From an uncultured Actinomycetes bacterium (GTDB lineage: Bacteria > Actinomycetota > Thermoleophilia > Gaiellales > Gaiellaceae), in the NCBI GenBank assembly GCA_963724895.1, contig CAVRWE010000002.1, forward strand, positions 138,629-202,628: DNA of 64,000 nucleotides, written 5' to 3'. The notes beneath the pieces are model-generated. The model made no database searches. It was not told the DNA's origin and worked only from the letters and a program-made list of their open reading frames with translations. Below, in pieces: positions 1 through 8,001 of the stretch; position 1 is the first letter of the stretch, and every line of letters begins with the position of its first letter. Made by a program: the position numbers and the translations under genes.

Positions 1-581
1 GCGCTGTTCTCGGGCTGGAGGCGGATGCGGCCGTCCCGCTCGCGATGGAACGTCTTCACCGTTGCCTCGTCGGCGGTCTCGTCCTCGCCCACGAGCGCGA
101 CCACCACGTCGCCCGTTCGCGCGTCGTCCTGGCGGCGGACGACGACGAGGTCGCCGTCGAGGATGCCGGCCTCCACCATCGAGTCGCCGGTGACGCGGAG
201 GAGGAAGTCGGCATTTCGTCCGAGCGGCTCGGGGACGGCGATCTCGTCCTCGATCGCTTCCTCGGCGAGGAGCGGGCCGCCGGCAGCGATGCGGCCGACG
301 AGGGGAAGCACGGGCACCGAGTCACGCCCGCTTTCCGGCCGCGACCGCTCCGGCGCCGACGACGCGGCAGCACGCCGGCCGACGAGCTCGATCGCGCGCG
401 GCTTCGTCGGGTCGCGACGCAGGAGCCCCGCACGTTCGAGGTTGGCGAGATGGGCATGCACGGTCGACGGAGAGGCGAGCCCGACGGCCTCCCCGATCTC
501 GCGCACGGTCGGCGGATAGCCGTGGTCGTCCACGTACTGGACGAGGAACTGCCAGATCTCCTGTTGCCGTTCGGTGAGCAT
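1..581 (-). CDS. lexA: LexA repressor; its C-terminal end is cut by the left window edge
   Basis: My own minus-strand translation from ATG 581-579 reads MLTERQQEIWQFLVQYVDDHGYPPTVREIGEAVGLASPSTVHAHLANLERAGLLRRDPTKPRAIELVG..., then ...FLLRVTGDSMVEAGILDGDLVVV...ATVKTFHRERDGRIRLQPENS. This gives a winged-helix N-domain and an S24 Ser/Lys autocleavage domain. It is absent from the ORF track because no stop codon lies inside the window. Confidence 0.92.
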   Translation of the reverse strand, partial: MLTERQQEIWQFLVQYVDDHGYPPTVREIGEAVGLASPSTVHAHLANLERAGLLRRDPTKPRAIELVGRRAAASSAPERSRPESGRDSVPVLPLVGRIAAGGPLLAEEAIEDEIAVPEPLGRNADFLLRVTGDSMVEAGILDGDLVVVRRQDDARTGDVVVALVGEDETADEATVKTFHRERDGRIRLQPENS

Positions 582-613
582 GGTCTCTCCCGTGAGTGGC
601 GACTGGACGGTGA

Positions 614-627
614 CGAACGTATGTTCG
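614..627. promoter_or_regulatory. LexA (SOS) box upstream of lexA, predicted autoregulation
   Basis: CGAACGTATGTTCG is a perfect GAAC-N4-GTTC palindrome 33 nt upstream of the lexA ATG. It matches the Gram-positive/actinobacterial Cheo-type SOS box. Confidence 0.8.
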
Positions 628-717
628 CCAGTGAGGGTAGAGATCCTTCCGGACGCCGTCAAGCTCAGCGCCTGGTCGCAGAAGCACGAAGGCGGCCCGC
701 GGGGCCGCCTCGAGTCA

Positions 718-802
718 TGCGCTGGAGAGGACTTGAACCTCCACGGCCGCAATGGCCACTAGGCCCTCAACCTAGCGCGTCTACCAATTCCGCCACCAGC
801 GC
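718..802 (-). tRNA. tRNA-Leu (anticodon GAG)
   Basis: The reverse complement is GCGCTGGTGGCGGAATTGGTAGACGCGCTAGGTTGAGGGCCTAGTGGCCATTGCGGCCGTGGAGGTTCAAGTCCTCTCCAGCGCA. It has a 7-bp acceptor stem (GCGCTGG/CCAGCGC), an anticodon stem CTAGG/CCTAG with loop TTGAGGG, a long variable arm and a GGTTCAAGTCC T-arm. CCA is not encoded. Confidence 0.93.
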
Positions 803-831
803 GTGGTCGCGCAAGTGTAGCCCGCGACCCT

Positions 832-1071
832 CTACAGGAGGTGGAACAGGATGATCGTGTTCAGGGTGAAGACCGATGCGACCACGACCGTGAGGCGCGT
901 CAGGTTCTTCTCCACGATGTGCGTCCCTCCCTGCGAGTGCGGCGTGAACCCCATGCCTCCCATGCCGGCTTCGCGCCCGGAGTGCATGAGCACGAGAACG
1001 GTCAGGAACGCCGCCAGGAGCACCTGAAGGACGGCCGAGACCTGGAGCCAGACCGCGAGGACGCTGAACAT
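832..1071 (-). CDS. secG: Preprotein translocase subunit SecG
   Basis: 79-aa ORF MFSVLAVWLQVSAVLQVLLAAFLTVLVLMHSGREAGMGG...LTRLTVVVASVFTLNTIILFHLL. It has two TM helices and the SecG-type MHSGK/R..GMGG core. Placement next to tRNA-Leu is the usual arrangement. Confidence 0.88.
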   Translation of the reverse strand: MFSVLAVWLQVSAVLQVLLAAFLTVLVLMHSGREAGMGGMGFTPHSQGGTHIVEKNLTRLTVVVASVFTLNTIILFHLL

Positions 1072-1102
1072 CGCCGGGCCAGGATAGCGGTAGCCTCCTG
1101 CA

Positions 1103-1336
1103 ATGGCCGCCGATCAGGACGCACGCGAACGGATCCAGAAGCTCCTGGTGACGGGCGACAACCGCCTGAAGCAGGGCGTCGCCCCGGCGAAGGTTCGCGA
1201 GACCTACGAGGAGGCGCTCGCGGTCGCGCGCGAGGCGGGGCTCGAGGACTCGGTGCGCCCGCTCGTCGAGGTCAGGCTCGCCGATCTCCAGCGGCTCGGA
1301 GGAGGATCTCCTCCACCCGCACCGCCTGAGTCCTGA
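1103..1336 (+). CDS. Hypothetical small protein (77 aa)
   Basis: The ORF starts at ATG and has a protein-like helical sequence (ERIQKLLVTGDNRLKQGVAPAKVRETYEEALAVAREAGLEDSVRPLVEVRLADLQRL). Its 3' end overlaps the convergent glycosyltransferase. I recognised no family. Confidence 0.4.
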   Translation: MAADQDARERIQKLLVTGDNRLKQGVAPAKVRETYEEALAVAREAGLEDSVRPLVEVRLADLQRLGGGSPPPAPPES

Positions 1337-2294
1337 CGTCGTGCGCCTCGGCAACCTCGCGGGCCGCGAGGTTCGGCCGCGGGAGAGCGGCGGCCGCGGC
1401 GAGCGCCTCCACGAGCGCGTCCTCGTCCGTCGGATCGACCAGAACGCCGGCCTCGGGCGAGACGAACTCCGGCGGGCCGCCGACACGTGTCGCCACCACC
1501 GAGCGCGCAGACGCCATCGCCTCGAGCGTCGCGAGACCGAACGGCTCCACGAGGCTCGGCTGGCAGACGACGTCCGCGGCCGCGATCCAGCGCGGGACCT
1601 CGTCGTGGGGCACCCGCCCGGCGAGCCGGATCCCCGCTCTTCCTTCGAGCGCCGGCCGCAATGCTCCGTCGCCGACGAACACGAGCGTGCCTTCGCCGCG
1701 CCGCTCGAACGCGCGAGCCAGGCGGAGGACGTTCTTGCGCTCGGTGAGCGCGCCGAGACAGAGGAGGACGGTGCCTTCCCCGTCCAGCCCGAGCTCGCGG
1801 CGGGCGGCGGACGCGTCGCTCGGCGCGAAGCGCTCGAGGTCGACGCCACAGTCGACGACCTCGGTCTTTCCTCGCGCGTCCGGGACCGCGCCTTCGAGCC
1901 GCAGGCGGAGCCAGTGGGACACGGCGATCACGGTCGCGGCCCGGCGCACGACGAACCGGGTCGCAGCTCGGACCCGGGCCGAATCCACGGCGTTCTGGAC
2001 GTCCTGGCCGTGAGCGGTGACGACGAGGGGTGCGCGGGAACCCAGCGCCGCGGCGAGCCCGGCCGGCACGAGGAAGTGCGCGTAGACAACGTCGGGCCGG
2101 AACCGCCGCGCGGCCCGGACGGTGTCGCGGAGGAGCGAGGCGTGCCGCCGGCTGCCGCCGGCACGCCGGTCGACGACCGCGCGCTCGATCTCGTGCCCAC
2201 GTGCGAGCAGCTCGCGCTCCAGGTTCGCGACGAAGACTCCGAGGTCGGGGTCGTCCGGGCCCGGGTACATCTGCGACACGAGCAGGATCCGCAT
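1272..2294 (-). CDS. Glycosyltransferase, GT4/GT-B family
   Basis: The ORF 1272..2435 was trimmed to ATG 2294-2292, giving MRILLVSQMYPGPDDPDLGVFVANLERELLARGHEI.... The C-terminal part carries the EX7E-type motif VCQPSLVEPFGLATLEAMASARSVVATRVGGPPEFV. Confidence 0.85.
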   Translation of the reverse strand: MRILLVSQMYPGPDDPDLGVFVANLERELLARGHEIERAVVDRRAGGSRRHASLLRDTVRAARRFRPDVVYAHFLVPAGLAAALGSRAPLVVTAHGQDVQNAVDSARVRAATRFVVRRAATVIAVSHWLRLRLEGAVPDARGKTEVVDCGVDLERFAPSDASAARRELGLDGEGTVLLCLGALTERKNVLRLARAFERRGEGTLVFVGDGALRPALEGRAGIRLAGRVPHDEVPRWIAAADVVCQPSLVEPFGLATLEAMASARSVVATRVGGPPEFVSPEAGVLVDPTDEDALVEALAAAAALPRPNLAAREVAEAHDVRTQAVRVEEILLRAAGDRRA

Positions 2295-2434
2295 GGCGCG
2301 TGAATCGTGACGCTTCCGGCATCGTCTCGCGGCCATCGGTGTCGCGACCGACGTACGCTGACGTCGATGAGCGAGCCAGAGGATGCCTTCGTGGCGTCTG
2401 TACTCTGAATGGTCGATGCCCGCAGGACGCGACA

Positions 2435-2605
2435 ATGGATGAGGTGCCGCTTCCGGAGCGCGGGGTCCTCCGCAAGGGTGTCATCTACCGCGTGCCGGCG
2501 CCTCGCACTCGGCCGAGGCGCGAGCTCGATTCGGAGACGCTCGCGATCATCCAGCGTGGTCGCGAGAAGCTGATCCGCGAGTACTTGAGACGGCGCGCGT
2601 CGTAA
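2435..2605 (+). CDS. Possible small basic protein (56 aa), hypothetical
   Basis: The ORF starts at ATG and reads MDEVPLPERGVLRKGVIYRVPAPRTRPRRELDSETLAIIQRGREKLIREYLRRRAS. GC3-rich codon use fits coding sequence. No family was recognised. The longer track ORF 2030..2605 upstream looks non-coding. Confidence 0.3.
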   Translation: MDEVPLPERGVLRKGVIYRVPAPRTRPRRELDSETLAIIQRGREKLIREYLRRRAS

Positions 2606-2620
2606 CGCGCGGGGGCGGGC

Positions 2621-4087
2621 CTACCTGCTCGTGACCTGGAGGATGCCGAGGCACATCTCGTCGGTCGTGCCCTCGCCCCAGAGCACGTAGCGCGGCGTCG
2701 TCGGCACGCCGTGCCCGCCGTGGTGACGCTTCATCGTGTCGTAGCGGCAGGTGACGCGCACCACGTCTCCGCGCTTCGCCTCGACCGGCTCGGCGAGTGC
2801 ATATGCGCCCTGCCAGTGGAAGTCCCAGCGCGGGATGTCCAGGAGCACGCGCGCACGCGGCGTCCCGGGGTTCAGCTCGAGGCGGATCGCCGTGCCGAGC
2901 AGGTGCATGTGGCCCGCGACGACGAGGATCCGCGTCGGCTCCGAGATGCGCCGATCGCAGCGTGACACCGAGCTCGGTCGAGCGTTCGCCGGATCACGAC
3001 CGCACAGGAAGAGGAGGCCCGCGGGCACGAATGCCGCCTCCGTGCCGTACTTGCGTGCGAGGTCGGCGAGCGCCGCTTCCCTGGAGCAGAGTCTCCCCCG
3101 CTCACCCTCATGGCACGCGAGCTCGACGGGCGCGGGGAGGAGCACGGTGCGGACCCGATCGAGGTTCGCACTTGCCGGCGCGACGGTGAGGACCGCGCGC
3201 GAGCGGTCGCGCACCCTTCCGTTCAGCAGGTTGTAGTGCACCTGCATCACGATGCGGCTCCCCGCGCGGAGGGGGATGCCCGTGCCGTCCGGGAGCCGCC
3301 CGCCACCGGTGCCGGGTGCCCACGCCGCGATCCAGCTCGCATCCGCGAGCGCAGACCGGACCGAGCCGCCCCCCTCGTCGACGCCGGTGCCCCCGAAGCA
3401 CGACCAGCCGGGTCCTGCGGAGGCTGCGTCGAGGCGCGCGGCGTCGGAGGCCTGCTCCGGCGGAACGCGGAAGAGGATCACGTGGTGCACGACCCTCGAC
3501 GCGCCCGGGACGATCCGGGCCGACGTCACGAACACGTCGCTCGAGAGCTTCGGGTCGAGGACGAAGCAGCGGTAGTCGTCCGTCACGCCGGCTTTCGCTC
3601 GCGGGAGGTAGGCGCCCGGCAGCCGCACGTCGAGTCGCCGCTCGCCGTCCTCGAGGACGGCTGAGTTGGCCGGGCGCGCCTCGAGCATGGGCCCGTCCAC
3701 CGGTCCGCCGGCCCGCGCCCACGAGACCAGCGTCGCGCGCTCGGCCGAGCTCAGCGTCCGGTCGCCCTGACCGGCGTAGGCGGGCGAGCTCGGACCGGGC
3801 GGCCACGGCGGCATCAACCGGGCCTGGGCCATGGCTGCGATCGGGCCGACCCGCGACGACACGTCGCGGGCGGTCGCGAACGCGAACGGGGCGATCCCGC
3901 CCACGCGATGGCAGCCGGTGCACTTCTGCTGGACGATCGGAGCGACGTCGCGGCTGAAGCTCGGCGGCGAGCCCGCTTCGCCCGCGCTCCCTCCGCGCGT
4001 CGCTGCGAACGCCACGAGCGGAACCGTGAGGCCGGCCGCGATCGCCGCGCCCACGGCGGCCCGCGTGCCTCCGCGCCGGCTACGCAT
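2621..4087 (-). CDS. Secreted or membrane-anchored copper type II monooxygenase-like (PHM/DBH-fold) protein with an N-terminal CxxCH motif
   Basis: The start was trimmed to ATG 4087-4085 ([29 protein letters not shown], signal-like). CTGCH lies near the N-terminus. Ligand-like motifs VVHHVILF (His pair), AGHMHLLG (H-x-H) and TDEMCLG (Met) occur in the order seen in peptidylglycine/dopamine beta-monooxygenase domains. This is motif-level recognition only. Confidence 0.6.
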   Translation of the reverse strand: MRSRRGGTRAAVGAAIAAGLTVPLVAFAATRGGSAGEAGSPPSFSRDVAPIVQQKCTGCHRVGGIAPFAFATARDVSSRVGPIAAMAQARLMPPWPPGPSSPAYAGQGDRTLSSAERATLVSWARAGGPVDGPMLEARPANSAVLEDGERRLDVRLPGAYLPRAKAGVTDDYRCFVLDPKLSSDVFVTSARIVPGASRVVHHVILFRVPPEQASDAARLDAASAGPGWSCFGGTGVDEGGGSVRSALADASWIAAWAPGTGGGRLPDGTGIPLRAGSRIVMQVHYNLLNGRVRDRSRAVLTVAPASANLDRVRTVLLPAPVELACHEGERGRLCSREAALADLARKYGTEAAFVPAGLLFLCGRDPANARPSSVSRCDRRISEPTRILVVAGHMHLLGTAIRLELNPGTPRARVLLDIPRWDFHWQGAYALAEPVEAKRGDVVRVTCRYDTMKRHHGGHGVPTTPRYVLWGEGTTDEMCLGILQVTSR

Positions 4088-5719
4088 GCTGCGCGTCGTA
4101 CGTTCCCCAGAGCTCGCGCAGGGCGTCGCAGATCTCGCCGATCGTGCAGCGCGCGCGGAGCGCATCCCGCATCGGGCGCAGCAGGTTCCCGTCGCCCTCG
4201 GCGACGCGGCGCACCTCGGCGAGAGCGGCTGCTGCCGCGATCTGCGTCGCGCTCGGCCCTCACCCGTGCCGTGCGCTCACATTGGCTGCGCTCGCTCTCC
4301 GGGTCGACGTGCAGGAGCTCCACCCGCTCCGCCTCGTCCTCCTGGTACCGGTTGACACCGACGACGACCCGCTCTCCCGACTCGACCTGCGCCTGGTAGC
4401 GGAACGCGGAGGCTTCGATCTCGGCCTGGACGAATCCCTGCTCGATCGCCGCCACCGCGCCACCGAGCTCGTCGATGCGGCCGATCAGCTCCTGGGCCTG
4501 CCGCTCGAGCTCGGCTGTCAGCGACTCGATGTAGAACGAGCCTGCGAGGGGATCCGCGGTGTCTGTCGTCCCCGCCTCGTGGGCGAGGATCTGCTGGGTG
4601 CGGAGCGCGATGCGGGCGGCGTGCTCCGTGGGGAGCGCCAGCGCCTCGTCGAAGGAGTTCGTGTGGAGGGACTGCGCGCCCCCGCAGACGGCCGCCAGCG
4701 CTTGAATCGCGACGCGGACGACGTTCGACTCCGGCTGCTGGGCGGTCAGCGTCGAGCCCCCCGTCTGCGCGTGGAAGCGCAGTGCGAGCGCGCGCGGGTT
4801 GGTCGCGCCGAAGCGCTCGCGCATGATCCGCGCCCAGAGTCGACGCGCCGCCCGGAACTTCGCGACCTCCTGGAAGAAGTCGTTGTGGGCGTTGAAGAAG
4901 AACGACAGCCGCTCGCCGAACTCGTCGGGCGAGAGCCCGGCCGTCGACCGCGGCCTCGCAGTACGCGATCCCGTTCGCGAGCGTGAAGGCGAGCTCCTGC
5001 GCCGCGCTCGAGCCCGCCTCGCGGATGTGGTAGCCGGAGATCGAGATCGTGTTCCAGAGCGGGAGCCGCTCCGCGCAGTACGCGAAGAGATCCGTCGCGA
5101 GCCGCATCGACGGGCGCGGCGGGAAGATGTAGTTGCCCCGCGCGACGTACTCCTTGAGCACGTCGTTCTGGACGGTGCCGCGGAGCTTCTCGCCCGGCAC
5201 GCCCTGGCTCTCCGCGACGAGCTCGTACAGGAGCAGGAGTAGCGCGGCCGGCGCGTTGATGGTCATCGACGTGGACACCTCGCCGAGCGGGATGCCGTCG
5301 AGCAGCGCCTCCATGTCCGCGAGAGAGTCGATCGCGACTCCCGTGCGCCCGACCTCGCCCTCCGCGAGCGGGTCGTCCGAGTCGTAGCCGAGCTGCGTCG
5401 GGAGGTCGAAGGCGACGGAGAGACCGGTCTGGCCACGCTCGAGCAGGTAGCGGAAGCGCGTATTCGTCTCCTCCGCCGAGCCGTAGCCGGCGTACTGCCG
5501 GATCGTCCAGGGCCGGCCGCGGTACATCGTCGGGTACGGCCCCCGCGTGAACGGGAACTCCCCCGGCAGCTCGAGCCCGTCCGGGGGCAGGTCGTCCGCC
5601 GTGTAGACGGGCTTGACCTCGATCCCGGAGTCGTTCGCCCGGCCAGCGACCTTCGCGCGAGCGGAATTCCGCACTAGCGGATCCCGCTCTTGCGCAGAGT
5701 CAGGCTCGGCGGTCGCCAT
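4080..5719 (-). pseudogene. Methylmalonyl-CoA mutase family, catalytic (large) subunit, interrupted by two frameshifts
   Basis: The N-terminal part (ORF 4277..5719) reads ...[55 protein letters not shown]...[34 protein letters not shown]. The sequence continues in another frame (ORF 3814..4824 extended upstream): [52 protein letters not shown]...[11 protein letters not shown]. The tail sits in a third frame: ...[50 protein letters not shown]. The frame changes lie near 4940 and 4236. The stop TAG is at 4082-4080. Confidence 0.85.
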
Positions 5720-5761
5720 CCGTCGGATCGTACGCGCGCGACCGACGGATACGCTCTGAGC

Positions 5762-6400
5762 GTGACCGTGCGTGTGAGGCTCTTCGCCGGGCTACGTGAG
5801 CGGGCCGGTTCGGGGAGCGTCGAGGTCGAGCTCTCCGAGGGCGCCGTCGTCGGCGACGTCTGGGCCGCACTCCATCTCGGCGACGAGCCCTCCGGCATCC
5901 TGTTTGCCGTGAATCGCGCCTACGCGGAGCGCGACCACTCCCTCTCCGAAGGCGACGAGGTCGCCGTGATCCCGCCGGTGTCCGGCGGCGACTTCCGGCT
6001 CTCGGAGGAGCCGCTCTCGATCGACGCGGCCGTGACCGAGGTGCGGTCGGACGATGCAGGCGCGATCGCGACGTTCGTCGGCACGACGCGCCGGCGCTCG
6101 CGCGGCCGGGACGTCCTCCACCTCGAGTACGAGGCGTACGAGGGCATGGCGGAGCAGGTCATGGCGGAGCTGGCGGACGAGCTGACGCGCCGTCACGACC
6201 TGTGCGACGTCGCGATCCACCACCGCGTCGGTCGGGTCGAGATCGGCGAGACGAGCGTCGTCATCGCCGTCTCCGCTCCGCATCGCGCGGGCGCGCTCGC
6301 GGCGTGCCGCGAGGCGATCGACGAGTTGAAGGTGTCCGTCCCGCTCTGGAAGAAAGAGGTCTACGTGGGAGGCGAGGAGTGGATCGGTCGCGGCAGCTGA
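5762..6400 (+). CDS. Fused molybdopterin synthase MoaD-MoaE (MoaX-like)
   Basis: From GTG 5762 the N-terminal part reads [16 protein letters not shown]...[12 protein letters not shown], a MoaD ubiquitin-like carrier ending in Gly-Gly. It is followed directly by [18 protein letters not shown]...IATFVGTTR...[12 protein letters not shown]...[26 protein letters not shown]...VPLWKKE, which is MoaE. Confidence 0.85.
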   Translation: MTVRVRLFAGLRERAGSGSVEVELSEGAVVGDVWAALHLGDEPSGILFAVNRAYAERDHSLSEGDEVAVIPPVSGGDFRLSEEPLSIDAAVTEVRSDDAGAIATFVGTTRRRSRGRDVLHLEYEAYEGMAEQVMAELADELTRRHDLCDVAIHHRVGRVEIGETSVVIAVSAPHRAGALAACREAIDELKVSVPLWKKEVYVGGEEWIGRGS

Positions 6401-6465
6401 AAGAGGAGCCGGATCTCCGGTACGAGCCGTACGAGGCGCCGGAGGCCGAGACGCTCCCGGACCCG

Positions 6466-7263
6466 GTGCCCAGTACGAGCGGCGACCGGGGCTACGAGCC
6501 CGTGCACCCGCGCTCGGGGCTGCGCGACCTCGTGCGGAAGCTCTTCGCGCCGGTCATCGCGCTCGGGTTCCTGATCCTCAAGTTCGGCGGCCTGCTCCTG
6601 AAGCTCAAGGTCGTCACGACGGCCGCGTCGATGCTCGTCTCGATCGCGGCGTACGCCTGGATCTGGGGACTGCCCTTCGCGATCGGGTTCGTCCTCCTGA
6701 TCTTCATCCACGAGCTCGGACACGTGCTCGAGCTCCGGCGGCAGGGCGTGCCCGCGAGCGCACCGCTCTTCATCCCCTTCCTGGGGGCGGTCATCGGGAT
6801 GAAGCAGCTTCCGGACGACGCCTGGAAGGAGGCGCAGGTCGCTCTCGCCGGGCCGATCCTCGGCTCGCTCGGCGCGGCCGTCGTCTGGGTCGCTGCGGAG
6901 GCGAACGGATCCGACCTCCTCATGGCTCTCGCGTTCACCGGCTTCTTCCTCAACCTCTTCAACCTGATCCCGATCGTCCCGCTGGACGGCGGCCGTGCCG
7001 CCGCCGCGCTGCATCCCGCGATCTGGCTCCTCGGACTCCTGATCATGGTGGGCCTCGTCGTCGTCAGCCCGAACCCGATCCTGATCATCATCGTCGTGCT
7101 CGGCGCCTTCGAGCTCTGGCGACGCTGGCGTGAGCGCGGTGAGCGGGCCGAGTACTACGCGCTCGAGGTCTGGCAGCGCGCCGTGGTGGCAGTCGTCTAC
7201 ATCGGCCTCATCGCGGTGCTCGCCGTCGCCGTGTCGGCGACGCACGTCGAGCGCACGTTCTGA
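6466..7263 (+). CDS. Site-2 protease family (M50) zinc metalloprotease, membrane protein
   Basis: It has an HELGH motif (IFIHELGHVLELRR), multiple TM segments and NLIPIVPLDGG. The start is uncertain: there is no ATG, and in-frame GTGs lie at 6466 and 6502. The upstream part of ORF 6202..7263 overlaps moaDE and was rejected. Confidence 0.75.
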   Translation: MPSTSGDRGYEPVHPRSGLRDLVRKLFAPVIALGFLILKFGGLLLKLKVVTTAASMLVSIAAYAWIWGLPFAIGFVLLIFIHELGHVLELRRQGVPASAPLFIPFLGAVIGMKQLPDDAWKEAQVALAGPILGSLGAAVVWVAAEANGSDLLMALAFTGFFLNLFNLIPIVPLDGGRAAAALHPAIWLLGLLIMVGLVVVSPNPILIIIVVLGAFELWRRWRERGERAEYYALEVWQRAVVAVVYIGLIAVLAVAVSATHVERTF

Positions 7264-7979
7264 TGGCCGAGGCGAGGAAGCCCGGCCCGAGGAGGTCCGG
7301 CGCCGGGCTCGACCGCCGGGTCTTCCGTCGCACCGAGGAGACGCTGGCCAGCGACGTCTCCCTGATCGCGTCCGAGTTCCTCGCCGGTTTCCAGGTCGTG
7401 AGCGAGATCGACCGGCCCGCGGTGTCCATCTTCGGCTCGGCGCGCGTCCAGGAGAGCTCGCCGACCTACGAGAGCGCGCGCGCGACCGGGCGGATCTTCG
7501 CGCAGCGCGGGTTCGCGGTCGTGACCGGGGGCGGCCCAGGTGTCATGGAGGCCGCGAACCGGGGCTGCCAGGAGGCGGGCGGGCTCTCGGTCGGCTTCAA
7601 CATCGACCTCCCGCACGAGCAGGGCCTCAACGCCTGGTGCGACGTCGCGATGACGTTCGACCACTTCTACGCGCGCAAGGTCATGTTCGTGAAGGCCGCG
7701 GAGGGGTTCGTGATCTTCCCCGGCGGGTTCGGGACGCAGGACGAGCTCTGGGAATCGTTGACCCTCATCCAGACCGGGAAGATCGGCCACTTCCCGGTCG
7801 TCCTCTTCGACTCCGACTACTGGGAGGAGCTGCTCGCCTGGGTGCGCGAGGAGATGCTCGACGACGGGCTGATCTCGCCGGACGACCTCGATCTCCTCAT
7901 GCTCACGGGGGATCCCGAGGAGGCGGCCGAGCTCGTCATCTCGCACTACGAAGAGCGGGTCGCCGAGGGCTCCGCCTGA
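7263..7979 (+). CDS. LOG family protein (TIGR00730-type nucleotide 5'-monophosphate nucleosidase)
   Basis: Motifs present: VSIFGSAR..., VVTGGGPGVMEAANRG, and PGGFGTQDELWE (the PGGxGTxxE motif). The ATG overlaps the upstream TGA (TGATG). Confidence 0.85.
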   Translation: MAEARKPGPRRSGAGLDRRVFRRTEETLASDVSLIASEFLAGFQVVSEIDRPAVSIFGSARVQESSPTYESARATGRIFAQRGFAVVTGGGPGVMEAANRGCQEAGGLSVGFNIDLPHEQGLNAWCDVAMTFDHFYARKVMFVKAAEGFVIFPGGFGTQDELWESLTLIQTGKIGHFPVVLFDSDYWEELLAWVREEMLDDGLISPDDLDLLMLTGDPEEAAELVISHYEERVAEGSA

Positions 7980-8001
7980 GGCGGCTGCCTACACTCAGCG
8001 C

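Noticed and set aside
767-2484. Long minus-strand ORFs 767..1849 (360 aa) and 1204..2484 (426 aa).
   Set aside because: The translations are low-complexity and Arg/Ser/Pro/Ala-rich, and they overlap secG, the tRNA and the real glycosyltransferase frame. I treat them as GC-driven shadow ORFs.
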